From: an uncultured Pseudomonadota bacterium
GTDB lineage: Bacteria; Pseudomonadota; Alphaproteobacteria; RF32; CAG-239
Direction of reading: 5' to 3'
DNA length: 64,000 nt
Assembly: GCA_902494875.1 (NCBI GenBank)
Contig: CABUUO010000002.1
Span: forward strand, 166,671-230,670
Below, piece after piece: positions 56,373 through 64,000 of this stretch; position 1 is the stretch's first letter; every line of letters starts with the position of its first letter. Under the pieces are notes generated by a model that searched no databases, was not told the origin of the DNA, and saw only the letters and a list, made by a program, of their open reading frames with translations. A program made the translations under genes and the position numbers.

Positions 56373-59300
56373 CGGCAGATATTTTACAGGAAAGGCAAAA
56401 CCGTTCGAAACTGGCTTCGGAAAAACAACGCCGCGCAGCTAATCCCGACAAGTCGGTGTGGGTTGAAGCTTCGGCCGGAACCGGCAAAACCAAAGTCTTG
56501 TCCGACCGGGTTTTGCGGCTGTTGCTGAAAGGCGTGGCGCCGTCAAAAATTCTCTGTCTGACATATACCAAGGCCGCGGCGGTGGAGATGAACACACGTA
56601 TTGCCGGCCGTCTCAGCCGCTGGGCGGTTGCCGGGGAAGAACAGTTGGAAACCGAACTGAAGGCTCTGCTCGGAACGCTGCCGGAACAAGCGGAAAAAGT
56701 TTTGGCGCTTAAGGCTGCCGCACGCAAGCTTTTTGCCGTTTTGCTGGATACGCCGGGCGGTATGAAAATTCAGACTATTCACAGTTTCTGTCAGGAAATT
56801 TTGAAAAGGTTTCCGCTGGAAGCCAAAATATCCCCTTATTTTGAGGTTATGGACGACCGGGCGGCCGGCGAAGCGCTGGAAGAAGTCAAGGTTCGGCTTT
56901 TGCAAAAAATCGAACATGAACCAGACAGCCGTTCGGCTCGGAGTTTGGCTTTTATTACGACCAGAGTTTCAGAATTTTTCTTTCCAAAGATTATGAATAA
57001 CATTGCGGCGAATCGCAATAAGATTTCGCGATTGCTGGCCAAATATGCCAATGTTGAAGCCTTGATTGCCGAAACGGCACGGAGGCTCGGCGTAAGTCAG
57101 GATGATACTCCGGAAAAACTGATAAAGGATTTTTGCCGGAGATTGAATCGGGAACTGTTAAAACGGATTGTGAGTGCTTTGGCTGCCGGCACCGAAAGCG
57201 ATAAGAAACGGGCTGACGTTTTGGCCGTTTTTCTGGAAAGCAAAGCTCCGGAAAACCTTTATGTATCTTACCGGGAAATCTTTCTGACCAAAGGGGATAT
57301 CCGCAAAAAACTGGCAACCAAAGACGCCGTGAAAGTCTATCCTGACATTTGTGAGAAGATGTATTCTCTGGCGGAGAATGTTCAATTTTTGGAAAACCGG
57401 ATCTGCGCGGCGGGTCTGTTGGAAACTACCAGGGCGGTTTTGTATCTGGCCGAAGATTTAATCAGCGGTTATAACAGTTATAAACGCCGGCATTCCAAAA
57501 TGGATTATGAGGATTTGATAGTTTTAACCAGGCGTCTGCTGGAAGACAAAACGGTGGCCGACTGGGTGCTTTTTAAGCTGGACGGCGGCATAGACAACGT
57601 GTTGATTGACGAAGCGCAGGATACTTCTCCTGACCAGTGGGCGATTATCCGCGCGGTGACGGAAGACTTTTTTGACGGTGCGGGCGCGAGAAATGTGACG
57701 CGGACAGTGTTTGCGGTGGGCGACCGTAAACAGTCGATTTATTCCTTTCAGGGGGCGGATCCACAAGAATTTGAAAACATGCGCCGATATTTTGCCGAAC
57801 GTCTGGCGCCGCAAGGTTGTTTTGAGGAAGTGCAGCTGGATGTTTCCTTCCGTTCGACGGCGGCGGTTTTGGATGTGGTTAACAATGTTTTCTCAACTTT
57901 TCCGGCCAAACAAGGCGTGATACCGGAGGGACAGAGCATAAGCCATACGCCTTCGCGAATCGGTGACGGCGGCAAAGTTGAGCTATGGCCGCTGGTTGAG
58001 GCCGAAGAAGACGAAAACCCTGACGTTTATCTGCCGCCGGTAGAAAGAAAAATTGCCGGTTCTACCAGTTCGCGGCTGGCAAAGCAGATTGCGCTGCGAA
58101 TTAAGAAAACGGTGGAAAGCGGCGAGCTGTTGGTTTCTCAAAACCGGCCGGTTCGTTTTGCCGATTTTATGATTTTGGTACAGCGCCGCAACAGTTTTGT
58201 GGAAGAACTGGTTCGTGAATGCAAAAATGCCGGCGTTAACGTGGCCGGCGTTGACAAGATTAAACTTTTGGAACAGATTGCGGTTCAGGATTTGGTGGCC
58301 GCGGCGCAATTTGTTTTGTTGCCGACCGATGATTTGACCTTGGCAACGCTGTTGAAATCCCCACTGTTCGGGCTGGATGACGATGATTTGTTCAAGCTTT
58401 GTTATGACCGCGGCGGTGCAAGCCTATGGTCTCAGCTTGGGATGTTTTCCGAATATGCCGGGATTTACCAAGCTTTGCAGGAACTGTTGAATATAGCGGA
58501 TTTTGTGCGTCCGTTTGAGTTTTATGCCCATATTCTCAACAAATTGGACGGCCGTAAAAAAATGGTGGCACGTCTGGGACCGGAGGCTGTTGACGGCATT
58601 GACGAGTTTGTCAATCTGACGCTTAACTTTGAGCAGGATCATATTCCGACGTTACAGGCTTTTGCCGACTGGATCGCCGAAGACGAAGTCGAAATCAAGC
58701 GCGAGTTGGAGCAAAGCAATGCCGATGCGGTGCGTATTATGACGGTGCACGGTTCAAAGGGTTTGCAGGCGCCGATTGTGATATTGCCTGATACGGTGCG
58801 GGTTAAAGCGGTTAAAAACGAAGCAGGACTGTTATGGGACGAAGATGTTTTGTATTACCCTTTCGGTTCCGAAAATTATGAAACTAACTGCAAACGTATC
58901 AAAACCCGTGAAAAAGAGCTTTCTTTGGAAGAATACCGCCGCCTGCTGTATGTGGCGCTGACCCGGGCGGAAGACCGCCTGTGCATTTGCGGTTATGTGA
59001 AATCAAAAGAGCCGGGCGAAGAATCCTGGTATGCCATTTGTGAGAAAAGTTTTGCCGGATTTGGAGTACGTGATGATAACGGCAATGTCTGTCATGAGGT
59101 GAAACAGCAGATTAAAACCGCACCCGGCGCCGGTAAAAATGTCGTTCCGCCGCCGGTGCCGGATTTCGATTGGATTTATAATAAACCCGAAGCGGAGAAT
59201 CCGTTGGCAAAACCGCTGACGCCGTCAAGGCCGGATGAGGATGACGGTGAGGAAGTCTGGGCGTCTCCGATCGGCGAGGATGGTAAAAGCCGTTATCGGC

Positions 59301-59758
59301 GCGGCTTGATTATTCACAAGCTGTTGCAGTTTCTGCCGGACAGCCAAACCATGGGCAATGAACGGGTTATCTCTGAGTTTTTAAATAAAAACGCCGCGGA
59401 TTTGACGGAAGAGGAAAAGAAACAAATAAGCGAAGAAGTCGAAAGGCTTTTGAAAAATGAGGATTTTGCTCCGGTGTTCGGTCCAAATTCAAGGGCGGAG
59501 GTGCCGGTTATGGGGCAAGTCGGCGGCAGAATCGTTTCCGGTCAGATAGACCGTCTGGTCGTGGAACAGGACAGGGTTATTATCATTGATTTTAAAACGA
59601 ATCGTCCGGCAGCGCGGAACGAAACCGAGGTTTCGCAAATTTATGTGAGACAGCTTGCGGCCTATAAGTCGCTGATTGAAGACATTTATCCCGGAAAGAA
59701 AGTGGAAACTTACATTTTATGGACAGATACGGCTAACCTGATGAAGATCGCCTCGTGA
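56369..59758 (+). CDS. addA: Double-strand break repair helicase/nuclease AddA (UvrD-like SF1 helicase with a C-terminal RecB-like nuclease).
   Basis: Helicase motif I ASAGTGKT and motif II region VLIDEAQDTSP. C-terminal nuclease domain (GQIDRLV...IIDFKT). Confidence 0.85.
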   Translation: MTADILQERQNRSKLASEKQRRAANPDKSVWVEASAGTGKTKVLSDRVLRLLLKGVAPSKILCLTYTKAAAVEMNTRIAGRLSRWAVAGEEQLETELKALLGTLPEQAEKVLALKAAARKLFAVLLDTPGGMKIQTIHSFCQEILKRFPLEAKISPYFEVMDDRAAGEALEEVKVRLLQKIEHEPDSRSARSLAFITTRVSEFFFPKIMNNIAANRNKISRLLAKYANVEALIAETARRLGVSQDDTPEKLIKDFCRRLNRELLKRIVSALAAGTESDKKRADVLAVFLESKAPENLYVSYREIFLTKGDIRKKLATKDAVKVYPDICEKMYSLAENVQFLENRICAAGLLETTRAVLYLAEDLISGYNSYKRRHSKMDYEDLIVLTRRLLEDKTVADWVLFKLDGGIDNVLIDEAQDTSPDQWAIIRAVTEDFFDGAGARNVTRTVFAVGDRKQSIYSFQGADPQEFENMRRYFAERLAPQGCFEEVQLDVSFRSTAAVLDVVNNVFSTFPAKQGVIPEGQSISHTPSRIGDGGKVELWPLVEAEEDENPDVYLPPVERKIAGSTSSRLAKQIALRIKKTVESGELLVSQNRPVRFADFMILVQRRNSFVEELVRECKNAGVNVAGVDKIKLLEQIAVQDLVAAAQFVLLPTDDLTLATLLKSPLFGLDDDDLFKLCYDRGGASLWSQLGMFSEYAGIYQALQELLNIADFVRPFEFYAHILNKLDGRKKMVARLGPEAVDGIDEFVNLTLNFEQDHIPTLQAFADWIAEDEVEIKRELEQSNADAVRIMTVHGSKGLQAPIVILPDTVRVKAVKNEAGLLWDEDVLYYPFGSENYETNCKRIKTREKELSLEEYRRLLYVALTRAEDRLCICGYVKSKEPGEESWYAICEKSFAGFGVRDDNGNVCHEVKQQIKTAPGAGKNVVPPPVPDFDWIYNKPEAENPLAKPLTPSRPDEDDGEEVWASPIGEDGKSRYRRGLIIHKLLQFLPDSQTMGNERVISEFLNKNAADLTEEEKKQISEEVERLLKNEDFAPVFGPNSRAEVPVMGQVGGRIVSGQIDRLVVEQDRVIIIDFKTNRPAARNETEVSQIYVRQLAAYKSLIEDIYPGKKVETYILWTDTANLMKIAS

Positions 59759-59850
59759 TTTTTAGATAATTACTCTTTAATATAAAAAAAAATTCATTAT
59801 ATTAGATTCATTAACGTCATTTATAACTATTGTTTTAGAAAGGAAATGTT

Positions 59851-60165
59851 ATGAAAGCAATTACAGACAGCCAGTTTGAAGCGGAAGTGTTGAATTCCAA
59901 GGGTTTGGTTCTGGTGGATTTCTGGGCGGAATGGTGCGGGCCGTGCCGTCAGTTGATTCCGGTTTTGGAAGAAGTGTCCAAAGATATGGCAGGCAAAGTT
60001 GAAATCTGCAAAATGAACGTCGACGAATCTCCGAATACGGCTGCCCAATATGGAATTCGCAGTATTCCGACCATGTTTCTTTTCAAAGACGGCAAGCAGA
60101 TTGACATGAAAGTCGGCTTGAATTCAAAGGCGACCCTGGTTTCTTGGATTGAGGCCAACCAATAA
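59851..60165 (+). CDS. trxA: Thioredoxin.
   Basis: 104 aa. Active site WCGPC. Confidence 0.92.
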   Translation: MKAITDSQFEAEVLNSKGLVLVDFWAEWCGPCRQLIPVLEEVSKDMAGKVEICKMNVDESPNTAAQYGIRSIPTMFLFKDGKQIDMKVGLNSKATLVSWIEANQ

Positions 60166-60191
60166 TCCTTTTGCCGTTTTGAAGCGGTTTG

Positions 60192-60232
60192 AAAAACACG
60201 TTTGACCGAGAGGTTTGAAACGTGTTTTTTTT
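60192..60232 (+). terminator. Rho-independent terminator after trxA (12-bp stem AAAAACACGTTT / AAACGTGTTTTT followed by a T-run).
   Basis: Perfect 12-bp inverted repeat with a 14-nt loop and at least 8 downstream T. Confidence 0.7.
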
Positions 60233-60301
60233 GGTTTTTGGTTTAATTTTGACAATCCGTGATTATATCTAAAGCTGTAATTTTTTGGCAGGGGCATCGC
60301 G

Positions 60302-61207
60302 ATGGTTTGGGTCATCAACGGGTTGATATACGGCTTCTTTACGGCACTTTATACACTGGTTAACCAGCACTATAAAATGAACGGCTATCTTTTGGGCATT
60401 TGGCGCGGTTTTGGAATCTCGCTGATTTTCTTTCCTTTTCTTTATTTTAATTTTCCGTGGCCGCAGACGGCCTATCATTGGGGAATGCTGGTCCTTCAGG
60501 GATTGTGCATCGGTTATTATGATTCGCATTTGTTTTTTGCCTCGGCCAACTTCGGTGCAGGAGCGACTTCGCGGGTGATGGCGCTGACAACACTGGTGAC
60601 TTCGGTTTTTTGGTGGGCGCTGACGCCGACGGCGTTTTTGCATTTGTTTGATGACGGTTCGGTGTTTATTACGCTGATTTTGATTTTATTCGGTTTTACT
60701 GTCAGTTGCTGGTATATGTTTAAGGATACACTCTCGCGGGCAACGGTAAAATATATGATTCCGGTGATTGTTGCTCTGGCGGTTATGAGTATCATTACCA
60801 AAGAACTGGCTGTTCACGGTTCAACGGTGTGGCCGGCAATTACATATTATCTGGTTATTCCGACTTTTGTCAGCGGCTGTTATAATCTGTTTTATTATAC
60901 GACAACGGAAAAACCCGGATTTATCGGCTTTTTCAAAAATGTCTTTTCCGGGCGTGCGGCCGGGGTCGGTTTGTATATTGTTGCTTTTAGCGCAGCATTG
61001 ATCACGGCTAAAAATATTGCTTTAAGAATTGCACCTAATCCCGGGTATGTAATGTGTTTGGTTTTGACGGCGCCGATTTTCGTGTTCTTTTTGAACAAGT
61101 ACAACAAAGTTCCCGACAATGTTTCGGTTAAAGCCGGTTTTTCGATGATTTTTTTCATCGTTTTGCTGATTGTTCTGGTCAACGGAAATTTCGGCGTGGT
61201 TGACTAG
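60302..61207 (+). CDS. Hypothetical polytopic membrane protein (about 10 TM; possibly DMT/EamA-like transporter).
   Basis: 301-aa ORF of strongly hydrophobic, W/F/Y-rich helices. Confidence 0.45.
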   Translation: MVWVINGLIYGFFTALYTLVNQHYKMNGYLLGIWRGFGISLIFFPFLYFNFPWPQTAYHWGMLVLQGLCIGYYDSHLFFASANFGAGATSRVMALTTLVTSVFWWALTPTAFLHLFDDGSVFITLILILFGFTVSCWYMFKDTLSRATVKYMIPVIVALAVMSIITKELAVHGSTVWPAITYYLVIPTFVSGCYNLFYYTTTEKPGFIGFFKNVFSGRAAGVGLYIVAFSAALITAKNIALRIAPNPGYVMCLVLTAPIFVFFLNKYNKVPDNVSVKAGFSMIFFIVLLIVLVNGNFGVVD

Positions 61208-62478
61208 CAGCACAAATCTTCGATGATTTTGTTTAAGAGCAGTCGTCCGTCATCGCTTGCGCGTATGCTGTCGCCGTTGTCTTCAAGCAGTTTTTTTTGA
61301 AGCAGGATATACAGGTTTTCCTGATTGACAAAAGCGTCAAAATCCATGCCGCAGTTATGTTTGAAATTTTGGCGGCTGATGCCTCTGTTCAGGCGCAGAC
61401 CCATTAATACCAGTTCTTCCGCCCGTTCTTCCGGCGTAAGTTCTTCCATTATGCAGCGATGGGTAGAGGCAAAGATTTTTCCCTGGCTTTTGATGCGGCC
61501 GTGCGCTGCCGGGCCGATGCCGAGGTAGTCGTTTCCGGTCCAGTATATTTGGTTGTGGGCCGATTCAAAATTCGGCCGAGCGTAATTTGATATTTCATAT
61601 TGATTGTAATTGCAGGCATGCAAGAAAGCGTTGGTAAAGTCGTACATTTCCGCGGCGGCGTTTTCCTCCAACGGTTTAACGCCTTTTTTATGAAAAACCG
61701 TTCCGTCTTCAATGGTCAGCTGATACATTGACAGATGTTTAAAGCCGAAAGACGCGGCCTGTTTTATTTCTTCCTGCCATTGTTTTAAGCTTTGTGCGGG
61801 GCGGGCATAGATGAGGTCGATCGAATGGTTGTCAAACTGCTTTAAGACCTCTTCCATGGCCTGATAAGCCTGTTGCAGATTATGCGTGCGGCCGAGGAAT
61901 TTTAAATCTGCGTCGTTTAGAGCCTGAATACCAAGCGAAAGGCGATTGATGCCGGCGTTTTTCAGGTCTTGAAAAAGTTTCGGTCGGCCGCTGTTCGGAT
62001 TGGCTTCCAGCGAGATTTCGACCTGCTGCGAAAGTTTCCAGCGGCAGGCGATATGATTGATGATTTTTTCAATGTTTTGCGGAGCAATTAAGGACGGTGT
62101 GCCGCCGCCGAAAAAAATGCTGGTGACGCATTGATCTCCCGTATACTGATAATAAAAGTCAAGTTCTTTAAGATAGTCTTCAATAATTTCATCTTGCGGT
62201 ACGTCTTTTTTTACCTTGCTGAAAAAATCGCAATACGGACATTTGCTGAGGCAGTAGGGCCAGTGAATGTAAATTCCAAAGGGAAAATTCGTTTTAAGGG
62301 GAATCTTCGGCAAAAATCCGGTGCTCGCGTCCTCACGTACGTTTATGTACGCTGCGGGACTGTGCTCCGTGTTTGTTACCGTATCTTCCTTCTTAAAACG
62401 AATTTTTGAAGAGGAAGACTTCGGTAAAAATCCGGTGTTCATGTTCTCACGTACGTCTATGTACGCTGTATTTTTCAC
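61204..62478 (-). CDS. hemW: Radical-SAM heme chaperone HemW (HemN-like oxygen-independent coproporphyrinogen-III oxidase family). The 5' boundary is uncertain: the longest ORF includes two in-frame copies of the dispersed repeat, and an alternative TTG start lies near 62268.
   Basis: Radical SAM motif CLSKCPYCDF close to IYIHWPY (HemW: PLSLYIHIPWCVQKCPYCDF). HemN C-terminal domain. Confidence 0.75.
   Translation of the reverse strand: MKNTAYIDVRENMNTGFLPKSSSSKIRFKKEDTVTNTEHSPAAYINVREDASTGFLPKIPLKTNFPFGIYIHWPYCLSKCPYCDFFSKVKKDVPQDEIIEDYLKELDFYYQYTGDQCVTSIFFGGGTPSLIAPQNIEKIINHIACRWKLSQQVEISLEANPNSGRPKLFQDLKNAGINRLSLGIQALNDADLKFLGRTHNLQQAYQAMEEVLKQFDNHSIDLIYARPAQSLKQWQEEIKQAASFGFKHLSMYQLTIEDGTVFHKKGVKPLEENAAAEMYDFTNAFLHACNYNQYEISNYARPNFESAHNQIYWTGNDYLGIGPAAHGRIKSQGKIFASTHRCIMEELTPEERAEELVLMGLRLNRGISRQNFKHNCGMDFDAFVNQENLYILLQKKLLEDNGDSIRASDDGRLLLNKIIEDLCC
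62303..62372. repeat. Dispersed repeat copy B, within the 5' region of the long hemW ORF.
   Basis: CTTCGGCAAAAATCCGGTGCTCGCGTCCTCACGTACGTTTATGTACGCTGCGGGACTGTGCTCCGTG. It is related to the copies at 45062..45120 and 62417..62470 and is in frame with hemW (encoding ...AYINVREDASTGFLPK...). Confidence 0.6.
62417..62470. repeat. Dispersed repeat copy C (3'-truncated), tandem to copy B.
   Basis: CTTCGGTAAAAATCCGGTGTTCATGTTCTCACGTACGTCTATGTACGCTGTA. Encodes ...AYIDVRENMNTGFLPK... in the hemW frame. Confidence 0.55.
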
Positions 62479-62497
62479 GCCGTCTTCTTTCCGGAAA

Positions 62498-63805
62498 CTA
62501 TAAGATAAATTTGGACAGGTCGGTTGCCTGCGTGAATTTCATCAGTTTTTGCTCAACGAATTCGGCGGTAATAACTTCTTTCTGGCCGCTGCGGTCAGAA
62601 GCGTTGAAGCTGATGTCTTCCAGCAGAATTTCCATGACCGTATGCAATCTGCGGGCGCCGATGTTTTCGACATTTTCGTTGATTTCGACCGCAATGTCGG
62701 CAATCTTGTCGATAGCGGCCTTTTCAAATTCGATGTCAAAATTTTCGGTTTTGAGCAAGGCTGTATATTGTTCAATCAGATTGGCTTCGGGTTCAGTCAA
62801 TATCCGCACAAAATCTTCATGCGTCAGGGCTTTTAACTCAACGCGAATCGGCAGTCTTCCCTGTAGTTCCGGCAAAAGATCCGAGGGCTTGGCCAAATGA
62901 AAGGCACCCGAGCAGATAAACAGTATGTGGTCGGTTTTGACCATACCGTATTTGGTGGTGACGGTGGTGCCTTCAATCAGCGGCAGCAAGTCACGCTGAA
63001 CGCCTTCTCGAGAGACGTCGCCGCGGGTGTTTTCAGATTTGCCGGTGATTTTATCAATCTCGTCAATAAAGACGATACCGTCGTTTTCGACCGCTTCAAT
63101 GGCCGCTTTGACAATCTGGTCGTTGTCCAGGAGTTTGTCGCTTTCTTCGGCGATCAGGATGTCGTAAGCTTCGCCGACTTTCATTTTTTTGGTTTTATAT
63201 TTGGTTCCGGAAGCGCCAAGCAGGTCTCCGAGGCTGATCATTCCCATTTGGGCGCCGGGCATGCCGGGAATGTCTATGGTCGGCATTGAGGCGTTGGAAT
63301 TGTCCAGTACGCTGATTTCTATTTCCTTGTCATTCAGCTGGTTCTCCCGCAGAAGTTTGCGAAACTTTTGTTTGGTTTCGTCACTGGCGTTCAAGCCGAC
63401 CAAAGCTTCCAAGACGCGTTCTTCCGCCGCAAGTTCGGCTTTGGCGGTAACGCTTTTGCGCATTTCCTTGCGGGTATTGTTCAAAGCAATTTCAACCAAA
63501 TCGCGGATGATGCTTTCGACGTCTCTTCCGACATAACCGATTTCGGTAAATTTGGTGGCTTCCACCTTTACAAAAGGCGCTTTGGCAAGTTTTGCCAACC
63601 GGCGCGAAATTTCGGTTTTTCCGACGCCGGTCGGTCCTACCATCAGAATGTTTTTGGGGACGATTTCTTCCCGCAGATGCGCATCAAGCTGCATTCGCCG
63701 CCAGCGATTGCGCAAAGCGACGGCCACGGCCTTTTTGGCTTCGTTTTGGCCAATGATATACCTATCCAGTTCGGAAACAATTTCGCGAGGACTATAAACT
63801 GCCAT
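62498..63805 (-). CDS. hslU: ATP-dependent protease ATPase subunit HslU.
   Basis: N-terminal [17 protein letters not shown]. Walker A GPTGVGKT. Length 435 aa. Confidence 0.95.
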   Translation of the reverse strand: MAVYSPREIVSELDRYIIGQNEAKKAVAVALRNRWRRMQLDAHLREEIVPKNILMVGPTGVGKTEISRRLAKLAKAPFVKVEATKFTEIGYVGRDVESIIRDLVEIALNNTRKEMRKSVTAKAELAAEERVLEALVGLNASDETKQKFRKLLRENQLNDKEIEISVLDNSNASMPTIDIPGMPGAQMGMISLGDLLGASGTKYKTKKMKVGEAYDILIAEESDKLLDNDQIVKAAIEAVENDGIVFIDEIDKITGKSENTRGDVSREGVQRDLLPLIEGTTVTTKYGMVKTDHILFICSGAFHLAKPSDLLPELQGRLPIRVELKALTHEDFVRILTEPEANLIEQYTALLKTENFDIEFEKAAIDKIADIAVEINENVENIGARRLHTVMEILLEDISFNASDRSGQKEVITAEFVEQKLMKFTQATDLSKFIL

Positions 63806-63813
63806 TTTAAGAC

Positions 63814-64000
63814 TACACTTTCTCTATGATAACGTTATGATTGGTATAAATATCAATGTCACCGGCAATTTTCATGGCTTTTTGAGCAATTTCTTCCAGA
63901 GACAATCCTTCTACGTCATATAAGGCTTTGGCCGCCGCCATGGCGTAGTTGCCGCCGGAACCGATGCCGATGATGCCGTCGTCGGGTTCCATGACTTCTC
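63814..64000 (-). CDS. hslV: ATP-dependent protease subunit HslV (C-terminal part only; the gene continues beyond the window end).
   Basis: The minus-strand translation ends ...[21 protein letters not shown], matching the HslV/ClpQ C-terminus (IAGE.CIYTNHNI). It sits 8 nt upstream of hslU. Confidence 0.75.

Noticed and set aside
61204-62478. hemW considered as the hydrogenase maturase HydE or HydG (both radical SAM)
   Set aside because: The N-terminal motif and spacing (IYIHWPYCLSKCPYCDF) and the overall ~380-420 aa HemN-like architecture match HemW. HydE/HydG have different CxxxCxxC contexts and C-terminal domains. No maturase is claimed in this window.
1-64000. Search for CRISPR arrays, IS/transposase genes, tRNA/rRNA genes, toxin-antitoxin or known defence-system genes
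   Set aside because: No direct-repeat/spacer arrays, transposase-like ORFs or recognisable defence domains were found. The only dispersed repeat family is the ~58-bp element reported above.

Overview
This window looks like the replication-origin neighbourhood of a reduced-genome alphaproteobacterium (Rickettsiales/Holosporales-like in flavour), with the conserved order parB-parA-rsmG-[3 inserted genes]-mnmG-[1 inserted gene]-mnmE-rho | AT-rich spacer | coaE-dnaQ-smr-mltA-Tim44-like-secB. The 640-bp rho/coaE spacer (13715..14356) carries clustered GANTC sites, a DnaA-box-like 9-mer and TTAA-N7-TTAA motifs, so I read it as the probable chromosomal origin. Three parS-like palindromes sit inside rsmG, mnmG and mnmE. 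Downstream come a Pmp-repeat autotransporter, nth, tsaD, then a translationally coupled trio: a HemX/Mic60-like membrane coiled-coil protein, a HemY_N TPR protein and an archaeal/eukaryote-type ADP-dependent sugar kinase, with no hemC/hemD. After that: tlyC, aroK, xerD, ksgA, surA, lptD, lptG. Divergent from lptG is a complete trimeric [FeFe]-hydrogenase operon (NuoE-like HydC, NuoF-like HydB, H-cluster HydA). The rest holds a GspS-like ATP-grasp enzyme, a small islet (lipoprotein, GNAT, secreted ankyrin-repeat protein), fabG, fabD, a HIT protein, ftsK, grpE, an unusually long GlgA-like glycogen/starch synthase, rph, rdgB, addB, addA, trxA, a membrane protein, hemW, hslU and partial hslV. A roughly 58-70 bp dispersed repeat occurs three times: once intergenic (fabG/fabD) and twice in tandem, in frame, at the 5' end of hemW. 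I saw no tRNA/rRNA genes, CRISPR arrays or IS elements. The most interesting content is the anaerobic-metabolism gene set (bifurcating-type [FeFe] hydrogenase, ADP-dependent kinase, long glycogen synthase) embedded in an endosymbiont-like alphaproteobacterial backbone next to Mic60-like and Tim44-like genes.
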